Assembly: GCA_950097015.1 (NCBI GenBank)
Contig: CATNEN010000013.1
Location: 496,001-560,000, forward strand
Reading direction: 5' to 3'
From: Macrostomum hystrix
Taxonomy: Eukaryota; Animalia; Platyhelminthes
Length of the DNA: 64,000 nucleotides
Part shown: piece after piece, positions 10,626 through 23,715 of the stretch
How the letters are laid out: each line of letters starts with the position of its first letter
How positions within the stretch are numbered: position 1 is the first letter of the stretch
The notes under the pieces: model-generated
The model's input: only the letters and a program-made list of their open reading frames with translations
Told to the model about the DNA's origin: nothing
Database searches by the model: none
Position numbers and translations under genes: made by a program

Positions 10626-11444
10626 ATGCTTTTGAAGACTCGCAAATTCAGCGCCTTTGAAGGGCGAACCGTTTCGTCGAGCCAGCATCGATCGCGCGGA
10701 CGGCAGCCGCCGGATCCGTCTGAAGCAGCCAGCGAAGTCGTCGGGGCAAACAACGCCAACACTCGACGCCAGGGCCTCTTGACCTTGGTGCTGGAGGAAG
10801 ACGAGCCGCCGCGTGCTGCTGCTGAGAGACCACTGGCCAGAAAGGTTGGTGAATTCGATACCGAGTAATTTCAGACAGGAAATTTTAAGGAATATCAAGT
10901 AGGATGCCCAGAAACGTCAGAGGATTTCAAGAAATGTCAGAGGATATCGAGAAATGTCACATAGGATGTAAAAAACAGGTGAATCACATCTCGTAGAAGA
11001 TGGCAAGCAAGTTTGGAGTGGCTGTCAGTAAATCTCAAAGCTAGTATTCGAATTCCTCATCTGCCGCTGGGTCAGAGGCGAGTCTCCTTCATCATGCCGC
11101 ACTCCGGCGACGTGATTCAAGTGCAGCCGAAACAGTTCAACTCGTGGGGCACTCAGACGGCCGAGTACAACAGCATCTGCAATGGCGTAATGTCCGAGGC
11201 GTACTATTTGAATGCCATGGGCGCATTGCAGCAGAGGCTTCAGATGTACCAGCTGATGGCACAGGACGTGGCCGATCACACTATGCGACGCCAAGAGCTG
11301 CATCGGCTGCGTCGAGAGCGGCAGCAGTTGGAGAGCGCGTGGCGAAATGTTTTTGCTATTATTAGCTTTGTGACGTCATTGTGTATGCTATTTTTAGCAC
11401 TCCGGCTTTCTTGGCGTCTTTTGCTGGCCACGCTAACGGACTAA
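10626..11444 (+). CDS. Putative tail-anchored membrane protein with RVxF motif, about 195 aa, 2 exons
   Basis: Exons 10626-10844 (AAG|GTTGGT) and 11076-11444 (GTCAG|AGG) join in phase 0, and the junction reads ARK-RRVSF. A coiled-coil-like segment precedes the C-terminal hydrophobic stretch VFAIISFVTSLCMLFLAL. The acceptor choice is inferred. Confidence 0.6.
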
Positions 11445-12047
11445 ACTACTTGCTGTATATTAGTTAAAGAGATTAATTTTTTGTTTTAAATATCGTAAAA
11501 ACCCTTTTTTCTCTTGAAATTGAATTCAAAATTTTTATGGGTTGTGCTTTGCTTGCTTTATTTTGCCGATTAACTAAAGTAACAATCATGCACTTCGATA
11601 AGTCCGTGAGTTCGAATCCACGGGGAGGCCACATTTACTTATTTGGGGCGCAGCCGCGGAGAGAAGGCTTCGTGGTTTGTCGTGCTATTTACGCCCATGC
11701 GGGCCATTTACGGCTCGTATCGTGTGCGTGTGTGCTTATTGGAATAGACTGAAATGTCTCCTCACTGGCAGCGATTATACATTTCGGTTTTAGGTCATTG
11801 AGTAAACAATACGGCGAGTATATAAGTAAACTACAAGTAAATTGGATAGATTCCGAAAAAAAATATCTGTGTCAGTCGAATCGCTTGAATGTCTATGGTC
11901 AAAATACCGATGCAGCAAGGCAAGCTGGCAAAGGAAGACCAATGGCAGATGGCAGATAAAATAAGAAATTTCGGTAGAGCTCTTAGCGCGCATTGTAATT
12001 GTACCTTGTACCTGGCGGTAACTGTACCTAATTGTACCTAGCAATCG

Positions 12048-15000
12048 ATGCTACGTGGAAGCTCCTTTGCAGACTTGATCGAAGAGGACTTCGAGGAGGC
12101 CCTTCGCAAGTCGAATGACTGGCAGGATGTGCGCCAGAAGCGAAGAGGCCAGATCGCGAAGATCGTCAGGCCGAGCGGATTTCTCAGCTACCTGCTGGAC
12201 ACCAACATCAGCTTCTTGAACAGACTACCAAACTGCGTATTCGGCAAATTTCCCCTGTACACGGTGGGTCTCATCAGCAGGCAGAACTTCTTCCTGATTG
12301 GGCTGGCTGTGCTCCTGATAAAACTGACACTACTAATCAGCCTGATGATCTACCAGAGCGTCAAGAAGGCCTTCAAGCGCAACAGGCCGCACCCGTGGGC
12401 CTACACTGAGAATGAGACAGCCGAGTTGGACAGCCTGCTAAATGACTGGCAGAGCCAGATACTCGGACTAAGCTCTGGCCAGATCATGTTTGGATGTCAG
12501 CTGGCCCTGACACTGCTGCTGGCATTGTTGACGTCGTTCGCTGTGTCTGGGCGGGTGCCAGCGAATCTGATGAAGCGGTTGTCGAAGCTGGCCAAGTTTG
12601 CTAACTTTCTCAGTCTGTTGGTTAGCCTGTTTCACATTCTGCAGGTGAGGCTGACTAGTTTTAACTTATTAATTGATTGATTAGACTAGTCATGTTTTTA
12701 GATTTTCCGGAATTCGCAACAGCCTCAGAATCCTCAAAGGACCAGGTAGATTTCCCTAAAGTTCTCACAGGTCCGGCCGAAATATTAAGGCATATTTTCA
12801 GAAGTCCTAACATGTGAGGAGACCTATATATTTTCCAGGTGTGGTCCAGGTGAGGCGCAAGTCATTGCAACGATTTCTATCTTAGCTTTCGTCCGCCCGT
12901 TCCCGCAGCTCGTTCTGCCAGTGCCATTCATAGCCCAGTTAGCCCAGCTGAAGGTGTCGGAGCTGCACTCGGCTGGCCTAGCCAACACCACCGAGGACAA
13001 TTTGCGCGTGTTCTATTACAACCGAGAGCGCGCCAAAGCCGGGCAGGGTGTCGGCAAGTCGCGCAAGCCGATGAGTCCCAGCTTCATAGACAAGGTGCAA
13101 TTCAACGAGAAATGCTGCGGCCTGCGCTCCAAAGACGACTGGCTGGAATTCGCCGCTGACCAGCTGGCCGCCTACGCCGAGTTCCTATCCGAACGGCCCG
13201 GGCAGCTGCCGCCGCAGTTTCATAATCGCCTGCCGGTCAGCTGTCACGATCCGACCACCGATCTGCAGTACACCTCGGCTTGTGCTCCGGCCATAGCCAG
13301 CCAGTTTCTGACCAATGAGGACGAGCTGCTGCCTCTATCTGTGGCTGCCCTGCTCAGCCTGATAGCCGCCTATTATCTGCAGCGAGCCTTCATTGCCCAG
13401 GACAGCCTGTCCGGCTTAGATCCCGAAGTTCTCCGACTGGCAGGCGACGTTGCCTCCGTCAGCAGCCTGACCGGGGGCTCCCTGGTGGCTGACAGGCAAA
13501 TCAACACCACTGTGCCGCTGGTTTCCGTGCCTACTAGGTGCGTCACTAATCCCTAACTCTTGCCACGCGTCCGGGGTTCGAATCTGGTGAAATTTGTACA
13601 AATAGGACATTGTATCCAAGGGGTTAGAGCTTCGTTGAGAGTTTGGGAGTTCTCGGCACAAGGGAAACTGGTCGTGTCTTAGAAGCAGGCAAAATGATTT
13701 GAAGCAATTTTCACACGATCCATGCATTACTGTCGAACCCGCGATCATCAACCATCTGCCACTATCCACCCCTGATCTGCTACTATCCCCCCCTGATCTG
13801 CCACGATCCACCCCTGATCTGCCACTATCCACCCCTGATCTGCCACTATCCACCCCTGATCTGCCACTATCCACCCCTGATCTGCCACTATCCACCCCTG
13901 ATCTGCCACTATCCACCCCTGATCTGCCACTATCCACCCCTGATCTGCCACTATCCACCCCTGATCTGCCACTATCCACCCCTGATCTGTCACTATCCAC
14001 CCCTGATCTGTCACTATCCACCCCTGATCTGCCACTATCCACCCCTGATCTGCCACTATCCACCCCTGATCTGCCACTATCCACCCCTGATCTGCCACTA
14101 TCCACCCCTGATCTGCCACTATCCACCCCTGATCTGCCACTATCCACCCCTGATCCGCCACTATCCACCCCTGATCTGCCACTATCCACCCCTGATCCGC
14201 CACTATCCACCCCTGATCTGCCACTATCCATTCCTGATCTGCCAGAATCGATCCCCGATCCGCCACTATCCATCACTGATCTGCCATTATCTGTTTCAGC
14301 CATTATCCCACTCGCCAACACGCACAGGATAGTCCGGCCGATATTCGAGCAGTGCCCGAAGGTTGGCGAATGCACAGCCGACGTTGTCCATGCCCGTCTA
14401 GGCCTCAACGAGCCACTGAGCTTCAAGGAGCGCACAATACTGGCTTGCTCGCCGCAGTTCTTTCCTCTCTGTTTCTCGCCTGAGTCTAGCGCCATCACCA
14501 GCCTGCTGCAAGTTTTGGTCCGCGCCATCTGGGGTGTTGTCATCTTCTTCGTATTTGTGACCAATTTTTCCCGAATCTTTTCCAAAGCGTCTCCGGGTGG
14601 CGGCGCCTATTCCCGCCTGATGACATTGGCCACCCTAGTGGCCTTCGTATTCCCAGTTGTTGTGTCCTATCGCTTCCTTCTCATGACTCTGCTGTTCATT
14701 CCCAGCTTATTCCTGGATTTCGGCGGCGGCTACATCGCCGGCATGATTGCTGAGGCCGTGTTCAACGGTCCCTTCCAGACGTTGATGCAGAATCTAAATC
14801 AGACTCAACTGTCGATGCAATGCTTCATGATGTCCGGCAGCGACTTGGCCGAGGCTGGTATGAAACTAGCCCTAAAACCGTTCGTGAATGCGGCACACGA
14901 GTACATGACAACCACTCTACTGCTCAGCTTCCTATTCAAACGATTGAATTCTAGCTCTAAAAGTTTGCATCACCAATACAACGGCGGCAGTCAGCCAATG

Positions 15001-18000
15001 ATGGACGATCTGATGGTGTCCAATGCAGACATGGACAAAAATGTCTACAACGAAATCGGCTCGCCGCAGAACCCTGACGTGATGGATCCCCAGCTAGACC
15101 AGGCCTCCAGACAGGCCGACCAGGTGTTGGAGGAGTCTGAAAAAGAAGAAGAAATGGCGGAGTCGCGGGCTATAGTGGCCATGAACAGACGATTAGAGAG
15201 GGGCAAAGTGGTTGTCAGGTTTGCCAAAAAACAGTTCAACAAGTTCACCGCGGCCCTGGCGCGGGCCAGAGACAAATTTAAAAAGATAATGAAAAATAAG
15301 TGCAAAGCGCTGCTGTTTGACATTGTGAACAAATGTCACAAGGTTGGCAACCAGTTGTGTGGAAAATTGAACGGTGAAGTGCCGTGGTACATGAGGCTGG
15401 TCAATCTGGTATTAAAAGTGTTTGACTGCCCCGCTGTGCGACAAAAATGGGACCAAAGCATTTGCGAGAAAGTCAAGCCGAGCGATTTTATTAAGAAGAT
15501 ATGCATCAAATACGCCCGGGTAATTTGGCACCAATTCAAATTTCCCGACTAGAGTTTGAGCACAAGTTCTTTAACTCAAATCAGCACTTTTTCATATTTT
15601 CAGAGCACCTCACCTCTGGCAGGAATTGGTAGCGAGTTCAAGAACGCGTTTAGGCTGATTGAAAATCTGATCCATTTCGTCGCTGTGGAGTTGGGATTTA
15701 CAACCGTTATCAGCCGTTTCATGCCCAATATTGGCATTGACGATGTAAGCGCGGGATTTCAGCATGGTGTATGGGAAGGCATGAGTGGGGTAGGTTGGAG
15801 TGGATTACAGTAAGCAGGAGTGGATTAGAGTAAGCAGGAGTGGATTAGGGTAGGCAGGAATGAATTAGAGTGAGCAGGAGTGGATTAGAGTAAGCAGGAG
15901 TGGATTAGAGTAAGCAGGAGTGGATTAGAGTAAGCAGGAGTGGATTAGAGTGAGCAGGAGTGGATTAGAGTGAGCAGGAGTGGATTAGAGTGAGCAGGAG
16001 TGGATTAGAGTGAGCAGGAGTGGATTAGGGTAGGCAGGAGTGGATTAGAGTCAGTAGGAGTGGCACAGGGTAGGAGTGGATTAGGGTAGGCAGGAATGGA
16101 GTAGGGTAGGCAGGAATGGATTAGAGTCAGTAGGAGTGGCACAGGGCAGGACTGGAGTGGGCAGCCTCCAATGTAAGCCCCGCGTCTTCCCTCAGATAAT
16201 CGCGGCCATGGCAGCGGCTGCCTTCATGCTAATTGAAGCGGCCAGCATTAGTATCTTGAGTCAATTCTGGGTACTCATCAATAGCATGATGATTGGCGCC
16301 ATCATTGCTGAAACATTCATTTTTATAAAGCGTTACAACACGGTAAGTCTGATCAAATTGGCAGATGATTGCAGTGATCAGAACCTTTGCACAGAAGCTG
16401 CGATGAAATTCTCCAGGACCTGTCATTCTGCAATCACTACGTGACCCAGCCGCTGATTGACATTGACTATCGGCGCAAGCAGACCATAATTGACCCGGTG
16501 ACGCAGCGTTCACGCGACTCGCTGCTGCCCTTCGCCGGCTGGGAGATGAGAGAGCCGGTGTGGCTCGGAGAGGAGCACGAAGAAGAGTCTCTGACGTACC
16601 CGGAGCAGGTGGGCCTGACTGTTGGCGAGAAGGCTCAGATCAAGCGGAAATTCACCGCGGACGCTGGCATGCTCGTGATCATCGGCATTATCTTCCTGAC
16701 GAACTTTTTCATTACGGCAGCCATTGATACTATGAACGCCGGCCTGCCTGCCAACCTCACATTCGAGGGCAACTCGAAGCTCAATATTACAGTGCACGGA
16801 CTCGACGCTAGTTTGGCCAAGAGAATCACCTTCGGTGTGGTGCGGGATTTGACTCAAACAGCTGTGGTCAACAGCACGGTTGAGCTGGAGGCGTGCAAGG
16901 TGATGCTTTGATTCTCAAATCCTAGAATTCAAACGACTGTACAAATCAGTTCGTACGAGTATATTAACATTAAGCTCCCAAAATAATAATTTTTAGCGCT
17001 CCAGAACTTTACTGACTACTTCAAGTAGGAAGTCACTTAAGAAATCAAACTCAAATTTACTGCAGGTGATTACAAAGCGGATCGATAACGAGCAACTGAA
17101 GACGGTGATAGTGATGGTATTGATGAAACTGTGCATGAACCTTCTCTATGGCTACATGAGTAGGCTCAGGCCCTACATCTGCGCCCTGTTCTACCCGGAG
17201 CAGCAGCGCCGGCGCACGGTGGCCCTCTACAACCAGCTGCTGCGAAGGCGGGCCAAGCGGCAGAAGACTTTCAAAATTCAGGCAAGAAATAATTTATATT
17301 CAGTTTGTTCATAAGCTATAACCCGACAAACGTTTTTAAACCGCTATTAAACTCCAATCCGTCAGAAATTTACAATCCATTAATAACCTCCAATCTTTAA
17401 AAAACCTCAAATTCGTTGCATAATCCATAATCCGTTTAAAATCTTCAAACCGTTAATCATCTCGTATCCGAAAAAAATTTCAAACTGTTATTAAACTCTA
17501 ATTCGTTAATAATCTCTACAATCAGTTACTTATCTCCAATCCTTTAGCTAAATCCAATCAGTTACTTATATCCAATCAGTTACTTATATCCAATCAGTAA
17601 ATTATATCCAATCAGTTACTTATATCCAATCAGTAAATTATATCCAATCAGTTACTTATATCCAATCAGTTAATTATATCGAATCAGTTACTTATATCCA
17701 ATCAGTTACTTATATCCAATCAGTTACTTATATCCAATCAGTTAATTATATCCAATCAGTTACTTTTATCCAATCAGTTAGTTATCTCCAATCAGTTACT
17801 TATCTCCAATCAGTTAGTTATATCCAATCAGTTACTTATATCCAATCAGTTACTTATATCCAATCAGTTACTTATATCCAATCAGTTAATTATATCCAAT
17901 CAGTTACTTTTATCCAATCAGTTACTTATCTCCAATCAGTTACTAATCTCCAATCAGTTAGTTATATCCAATCAGTTACTTTTATCCAATCAGTTACTTA

Positions 18001-21000
18001 TCTCCAATCAGTTACTTATCTCCAATCAGTTAGTTATATCCAATCAGTTACTTATATCCAATCAGTTACTTATATCCAATCAGTAAATTATATCCAATCA
18101 GTTACTTATATCCAATCAGTAAATTATATCCAATCAGTTACTTATATCCAATCAGTTAATTATATCGAATCAGTTACTTATATCCAATCAGTTACTTATA
18201 TCCAATCAGTTACTTATATCCAATCAGTTAATTATATCCAATCAGTTACTTTTATCCAATCAGTTACTTATCTCCAATCAGTTACTTATATCCAATCAGT
18301 TAATTATATCCAATCAGTTACTTATCTCCAATCAGTTACTTATCTCCAATCAGTTAGTTATATCCAATCAGTTACTTATATCCAATCAGTTACTTATATC
18401 CAATCAGTTACTTATATCCAATCAGTTAATTATATCCAATCAGTTACTTTTATCCAATCAGTTACTTATCTCCAATCAGTTACTAATCTCCAATCAGTTA
18501 GTTATATCCAATCAGTTACTTTTATCCAATCAGTTACTTATCTCCAATCAGTTACTTATCTCCAATCAGTTAGTTATATCCAATCAGTTACTTATATCCA
18601 ATCAGTTACTTATATCCAATCAGTAAATTATATCCAATCAGTTACTTATATCCAATCAGTAAATTATATCCAATCAGTTACTTATATCCAATCAGTTAAT
18701 TATATCGAATCAGTTACTTATATCCAATCAGTTACTTATATCCAATCAGTTACTTATATCCAATCAGTTAATTATATCCAATCAGTTACTTTTATCCAAT
18801 CAGTTACTTATCTCCAATCAGTTACTTATCTCCAATCAGTTAGTTATATCCAATCAGTTACTTATATCCAATCAGTTACTTATATCCAATCAGTTACTTA
18901 TATCCAATCAGTTAATTATATCCAATCAGTTACTTTTATCCAATCAGTTACTTATCTCCAATCAGTTACTAATCTCCAATCAGTTAGTTATATCCAATCA
19001 GTTACTTTTATCCAATCAGTTACTTATCTCCAATCAGTTACTTATCTCCAATCAGTTAATTATATCCAATCAGTTAATTATATCCAATCAGTTAGTTATA
19101 TCCAATCAGTAAATTATATCCAATCAGTGACTTATATCCAATCAGTAAATTATATCCAATCAGTTACTTATATCCAATCAGTTAATTATATCGAATCAGT
19201 TACTTATATCGAATCAGTTACTTATATCCAATCAGTTACTTATATCCAATCAGTTACTTATATCCAATCAGTTAATTATATCTAATCAGTTACTTTTATC
19301 CAATCAGTTACTTATCTCCAATCAGTTAGTTATATCCAATCAGTTACTTATATCCAATCAGTTACTTATATCCAATCAGTTAATTATATCCAATCAGTTA
19401 CTTTTATCCAATCAGTTACTTATCTCCAATCAGTTACTTATCTCCAATCAGTTAGTTATATCCAATCAGTTACTTTTATCCAATCAGTTACTTATCTCCA
19501 ATCAGTTACTTATCTCCAATCAGTTAGTTATATCCAATCAGTGACTTATATCCAATCAGTAAATTATATCCAATCAGTTACTTATATCCAATCAGTTAAT
19601 TATATCGAATCAGTTACTTATATCGAATCAGTTACTTATATCCAATCAGTTACTTATATCCAATCAGTTACTTATATCCAATCAGTTAATTATATCTAAT
19701 CAGTTACTTTTATCCAATCAGTTACTTATCTCCAATCAGTTACTTATCTCCAATCAGTTAGTTATATCCAATCAGTTACTTATATCCAATCAGTTACTTA
19801 TATCCAATCAGTTACTTATATCCAATCAGTTAATTATATCCAATCAGTTACTTTTATCCAATCAGTTACTTATCTCCAATCAGTTACTTATCTCCAATCA
19901 GTTAGTTATATCCAATCAGTTACTTTTATCCAATCAGTTACTTATCTCCAATCAGTTAGTTATCTCCAATCAGTTAGTTATATCCAATCAGTTAGTTATA
20001 TCCAATCAGTTAGTTATATCCAATCAGTTACTTATCTCCAATCAGTAAATTATATCCAATCAGTTACTTATCTCCAATCAGTTAGTTATATCCAATCAGT
20101 TAGTTATATCCAATCAGTTACTTATCTCCAATCAGTTAATTATATCGAATCAGTTACTTATATCCAATCAGTTAGTTATATCCAATCAGTTAGTTATATC
20201 CAATCAGTTAATTATATCCAATCAGTTAGTTATATCCAATCAGTTAATTATATCCAATCAGTTAATTATATCTAATCAGTTAGTTATATCCAATCAGTTA
20301 CTTATATCCAATCAGTTACTTATCTCCAATCAGTTAGTTATATCCAATCAGTTACTTATATCCAATCAGTTAATTATATCGAATCAGTTACTTATATCCA
20401 ATCAGTTAATTATATCCAATCAGTTACTTATCTCCAATCAGTTAGTTATATCCAATCAGTTACTTTTTTCCAATCAGCTACTTATCTCCAATCAGTTAAT
20501 TATATCGAATCAGTTACTTATATCCAATCAGTTAATTATATCCAATCAGTTAGTTATATCCAATCAGTTACTTATCTCCAATCAGTTAATTATATCCAAT
20601 CAGTTAGTTATATCCAATCAGTTAATTATATCCAATCAGTTACTTATCTCCAATCAGTTAGTTATATCCAATCAGTTAGTTATATCCAATCAGCTACTTA
20701 TCTCCAATCAGTTACTTATCTCCAATCAGTTAGTTATATCCAATCAGTTACTTATATCCAATCAGTTAATTATATCCAATCAGTTAATTATATCCAATCA
20801 GTTAGTTATATCGAATCAGTTACTTATATCCAATCAGTTAATTATATCCAATCAGTTAGTTATATCCAATCAGTTAATTATATCTAATCAGTTACTTTTA
20901 TCCAATCAGTTACTTATATCCAATCAGTTAGTTATATCCAATCAGTTAGTTATATCCAATCAGCTACTTATCTCCAATCAGTTAATTATATCCAATCAGT

Positions 21001-23630
21001 TAATTATATCCAATCAGTTACTTATATCCAATCAGTAAATTATATCCAATCAGTTACTTATATCCAATCAGTAAATTATATCCAATCAGTTAATTATATC
21101 TAATCAGTTAGTTATATCGAATCAGTTACTTATATCCAATCAGTTAATTATATCCAATCAGTTAGTTATATCCAATCAGTTAATTATATCCAATCAGTTA
21201 CTTATATCCAATCAGTTACTTATATCCAATCAGTTAATTATATCCAATCAGTTACTTATATCCAATCAGTTAATTATATCCAATCAGTTAATTATATCCA
21301 ATCAGTTAGTTATATCGAATCAGTTACTTATATCCAATCAGTTAATTATATCCAATCAGTTAGTTATATCGAATCAGTTACTTATATCCAATCAGTTAAT
21401 TATATCCAATCAGTTAGTTATATCCAATCAGTTACTTTTATCCAATCAGTTAGTTATATCCAATCAGTTAATTATATCCAATCAGTTACTTATCTCCAAT
21501 CAGTTAGTTATATCCAATCAGTTAATTATATCCAATCAGTTACTTATATCCAATCAGTTAATTATATCCAATCAGTTAATTATATCGAATCAGTTACTTA
21601 TATCCAATCAGTTAATTATATCCAATCAGTTAGTTATATCCAATCAGTTAGTTATATCCAATCAGTTAGTTATATCCAATCAGTTAGTTATATCCAATCA
21701 GTTAATTATATCCAATCAGTTAGTTATATCCAATCAGTTAATTATATCCAATCAGTTAATTATATCTAATCAGTTAGTTATATCCAATCAGTTAATTATA
21801 TCCAATCAGTTAGTTATATCCAATCAGTTAATTATATCCAATCAGTTAGTTATATCCAATCAGTTAGTTATATCCAATCAGTTAGTTATATCCAATCAGT
21901 TAATTATATCCAATCAGTTAGTTATATCCAATCAGTTAATTATATCCAATCAGTTACTTATCTCCAATCAGTTAGTTATATCCAATCAGTTAGTTATATC
22001 CAATCAGTTAGTTATATCCAATCAGTTAGTTATATCCAATCAGTTAGTTATATCCAATCAGTTAGTTATATCCAATCAGTTAATTATATCCAATCAGTTA
22101 GTTATATCCAATCAGTTAATTATATCCAATCAGTTAGTTATATCCAATCAGTTAGTTATATCCAATCAGTTACTTATATCCAATCAGTTAGTTATATCCA
22201 ATCAGTTACTTTTATCCAATCAGTTAGTTATATCCAATCAGTTAATTATATCCAATCAGTTACTTATCTCCAATCAGTTAGTTATATCCAATCAGTTACT
22301 TATATCCAATCAGTTACTTATATCCAATCAGTTACTTTTATCCAATCAGCTACTTATCTCCAATCAGTTAGTTATCTCCAATCAGTTAGTTATATCCAAT
22401 CAGTTACTTATATCCAATCAGTTACTTTTATCCAATCAGTTACTTATCTCCAATCAGTTACTTATCTCCAATCAGTTAGTTATATCCAATCAGTTACTTA
22501 TATCCAATCAGTTACTTATATCCAATCAGTTACTTATATCCAATCAGCTACTTATATCCAATCAGTTAGTTATATCCAATCAGTTAGTTATATCCAATCA
22601 GTTAATTATATCCAATCAGTTAGTTATCTCCAATCAGTTAGTTATATCCAATCAGTTAGTTATATCCAATCAGTTAATTATATCCAATCAGTTACTTATA
22701 TCCAATCAGCTACTTATATCCAATCAGTTACTTATATCCAATCAGTTAATTATATCGAATCAGTTACTTATATCCAATCAGTTACTTATATCCAATCAGT
22801 TACTTATATCCAATCAGTTAATTATATCCAATCAGTTACTTTTATCCAATCAGTTACTTATCTCCAATCAGTTACTTATCTCCAATCAGTTAGTTATATC
22901 CAATCAGTTACTTATATCCAATCAGTTACTTTTATCCAATCAGTTACTTATCTCCAATCAGTTACTTATCTCCAATCAGTTAGTTATATCCAATCAGTTA
23001 CTTTTATCCAATCAGTTACTTATCTCCAATCAGTTACTTATCTCCAATCAGTTAGTTATATCCAATCAGTTACTTTTATCCAATCAGTTACTTATCTCCA
23101 ATCAGTTACTTATCTCCAATCAGTTAGTTATATCCAATCAGTTAATTATATCCAATCAGTTACTTATCTCCAATCCCTTAATGATCTCAAGTCTGTTACC
23201 AATCATCATTCTCTTATCATGATAATAATAAATTCGTTAGTTATCCCGAGCGATCCGTTAATTAGCCCAAATCTGAACGCCAATTCGCCAGATTCTCCAT
23301 CGCATCCTGGCAGAGAGGTTCAACATTCTTCCATTCGGCTTCGTTACCCGACTGCGTCTGAAGTCGCCGACCTGGAATTCCATATTTCGCAGCCTGCCAT
23401 TTATGAATGGCAACGTGATCTGCCTGTGCTGCGGCGATCCGGGGTTCGAACAGTTCAAACTGTGTCTTGACTGCAACGGGTCCTACTGCACGCCCTGTTG
23501 GTACCAGCTGAACTCAATGTGCCTGCTCTGCATCCTGCTGTTTAAGCGGCTCGCTTTGGACTACGAAGAGAAAAGATATAAGAAACGGCTGGCGATGCAG
23601 ATTGAGAGCGGAGTAAATCAAGAGACTTAG
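12048..23630 (+). CDS. DC-STAMP-domain protein (DCST1/DCST2, sneaky, SPE-42-like) with long N-terminal extension, about 1300-1500 aa
   Basis: Exons 12048-12644, 12702-12745, 12839-13537, [13538-14299 unresolved], 14300-15519, 15604-15744, 16196-16342, 16417-16899, 17066-17281 and 23292-23630. Family motifs: FIPSLF...FNGPFQTLMQNL...SMQC, RYNTDLSFCNHYVT...DID, LRPYICALFYPEQQRRRTVALYNQLLRRR, and a C-terminal C4C4 RING-like CLCC..CLDC..CTPC..CLLC. Assignment to DCST1 versus DCST2 is not possible by eye. Confidence 0.8.
13755..14290 (+). repeat. 21-bp tandem repeat (CCACCCCTGATCTGCCACTAT)n, about 25 units
   Basis: It is in frame (STPDLPL) with the downstream DC-STAMP exon and ends at a strong CTGTTTCAG acceptor (14299). 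Confidence 0.95.
15790..16160 (+). repeat. 20-bp intronic minisatellite (GCAGGAGTGGATTAGAGT(A/G)A)n
   Basis: About 18 units within intron 15745-16195. Confidence 0.95.
17560..23175 (+). repeat. 18-bp satellite (TATCCAATCAGTTACTTA)n, about 310 units
   Basis: Period 18 read directly from the sequence. Variant units recur, and 17821-18240 is repeated at 18361-18780 (540-bp offset). It fills intron 17282-23291. Confidence 0.98.
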
Positions 23631-23715
23631 CTGGCTGAGAATGTCTGACTTAGAAATCTTTACTTTTGATTTATTAGGTCCGAGAAATTACTTAATAGAT
23701 TGTGTATAGAAGCTG

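Noticed and set aside
11600-13590. B-box-like GAGTTCGAATCC (about 11608) and GGTTCGAATCT (about 13575) as tRNA or SINE
   Set aside because: No convincing A-box, cloverleaf or SINE body nearby.
13416-14585. Minus-strand ORFs of 389 aa and 172 aa (SGVDSGR and WIVADQG repeats)
   Set aside because: They are open only because the 21-bp unit lacks stops in those frames, and they lie antisense to the DC-STAMP gene.
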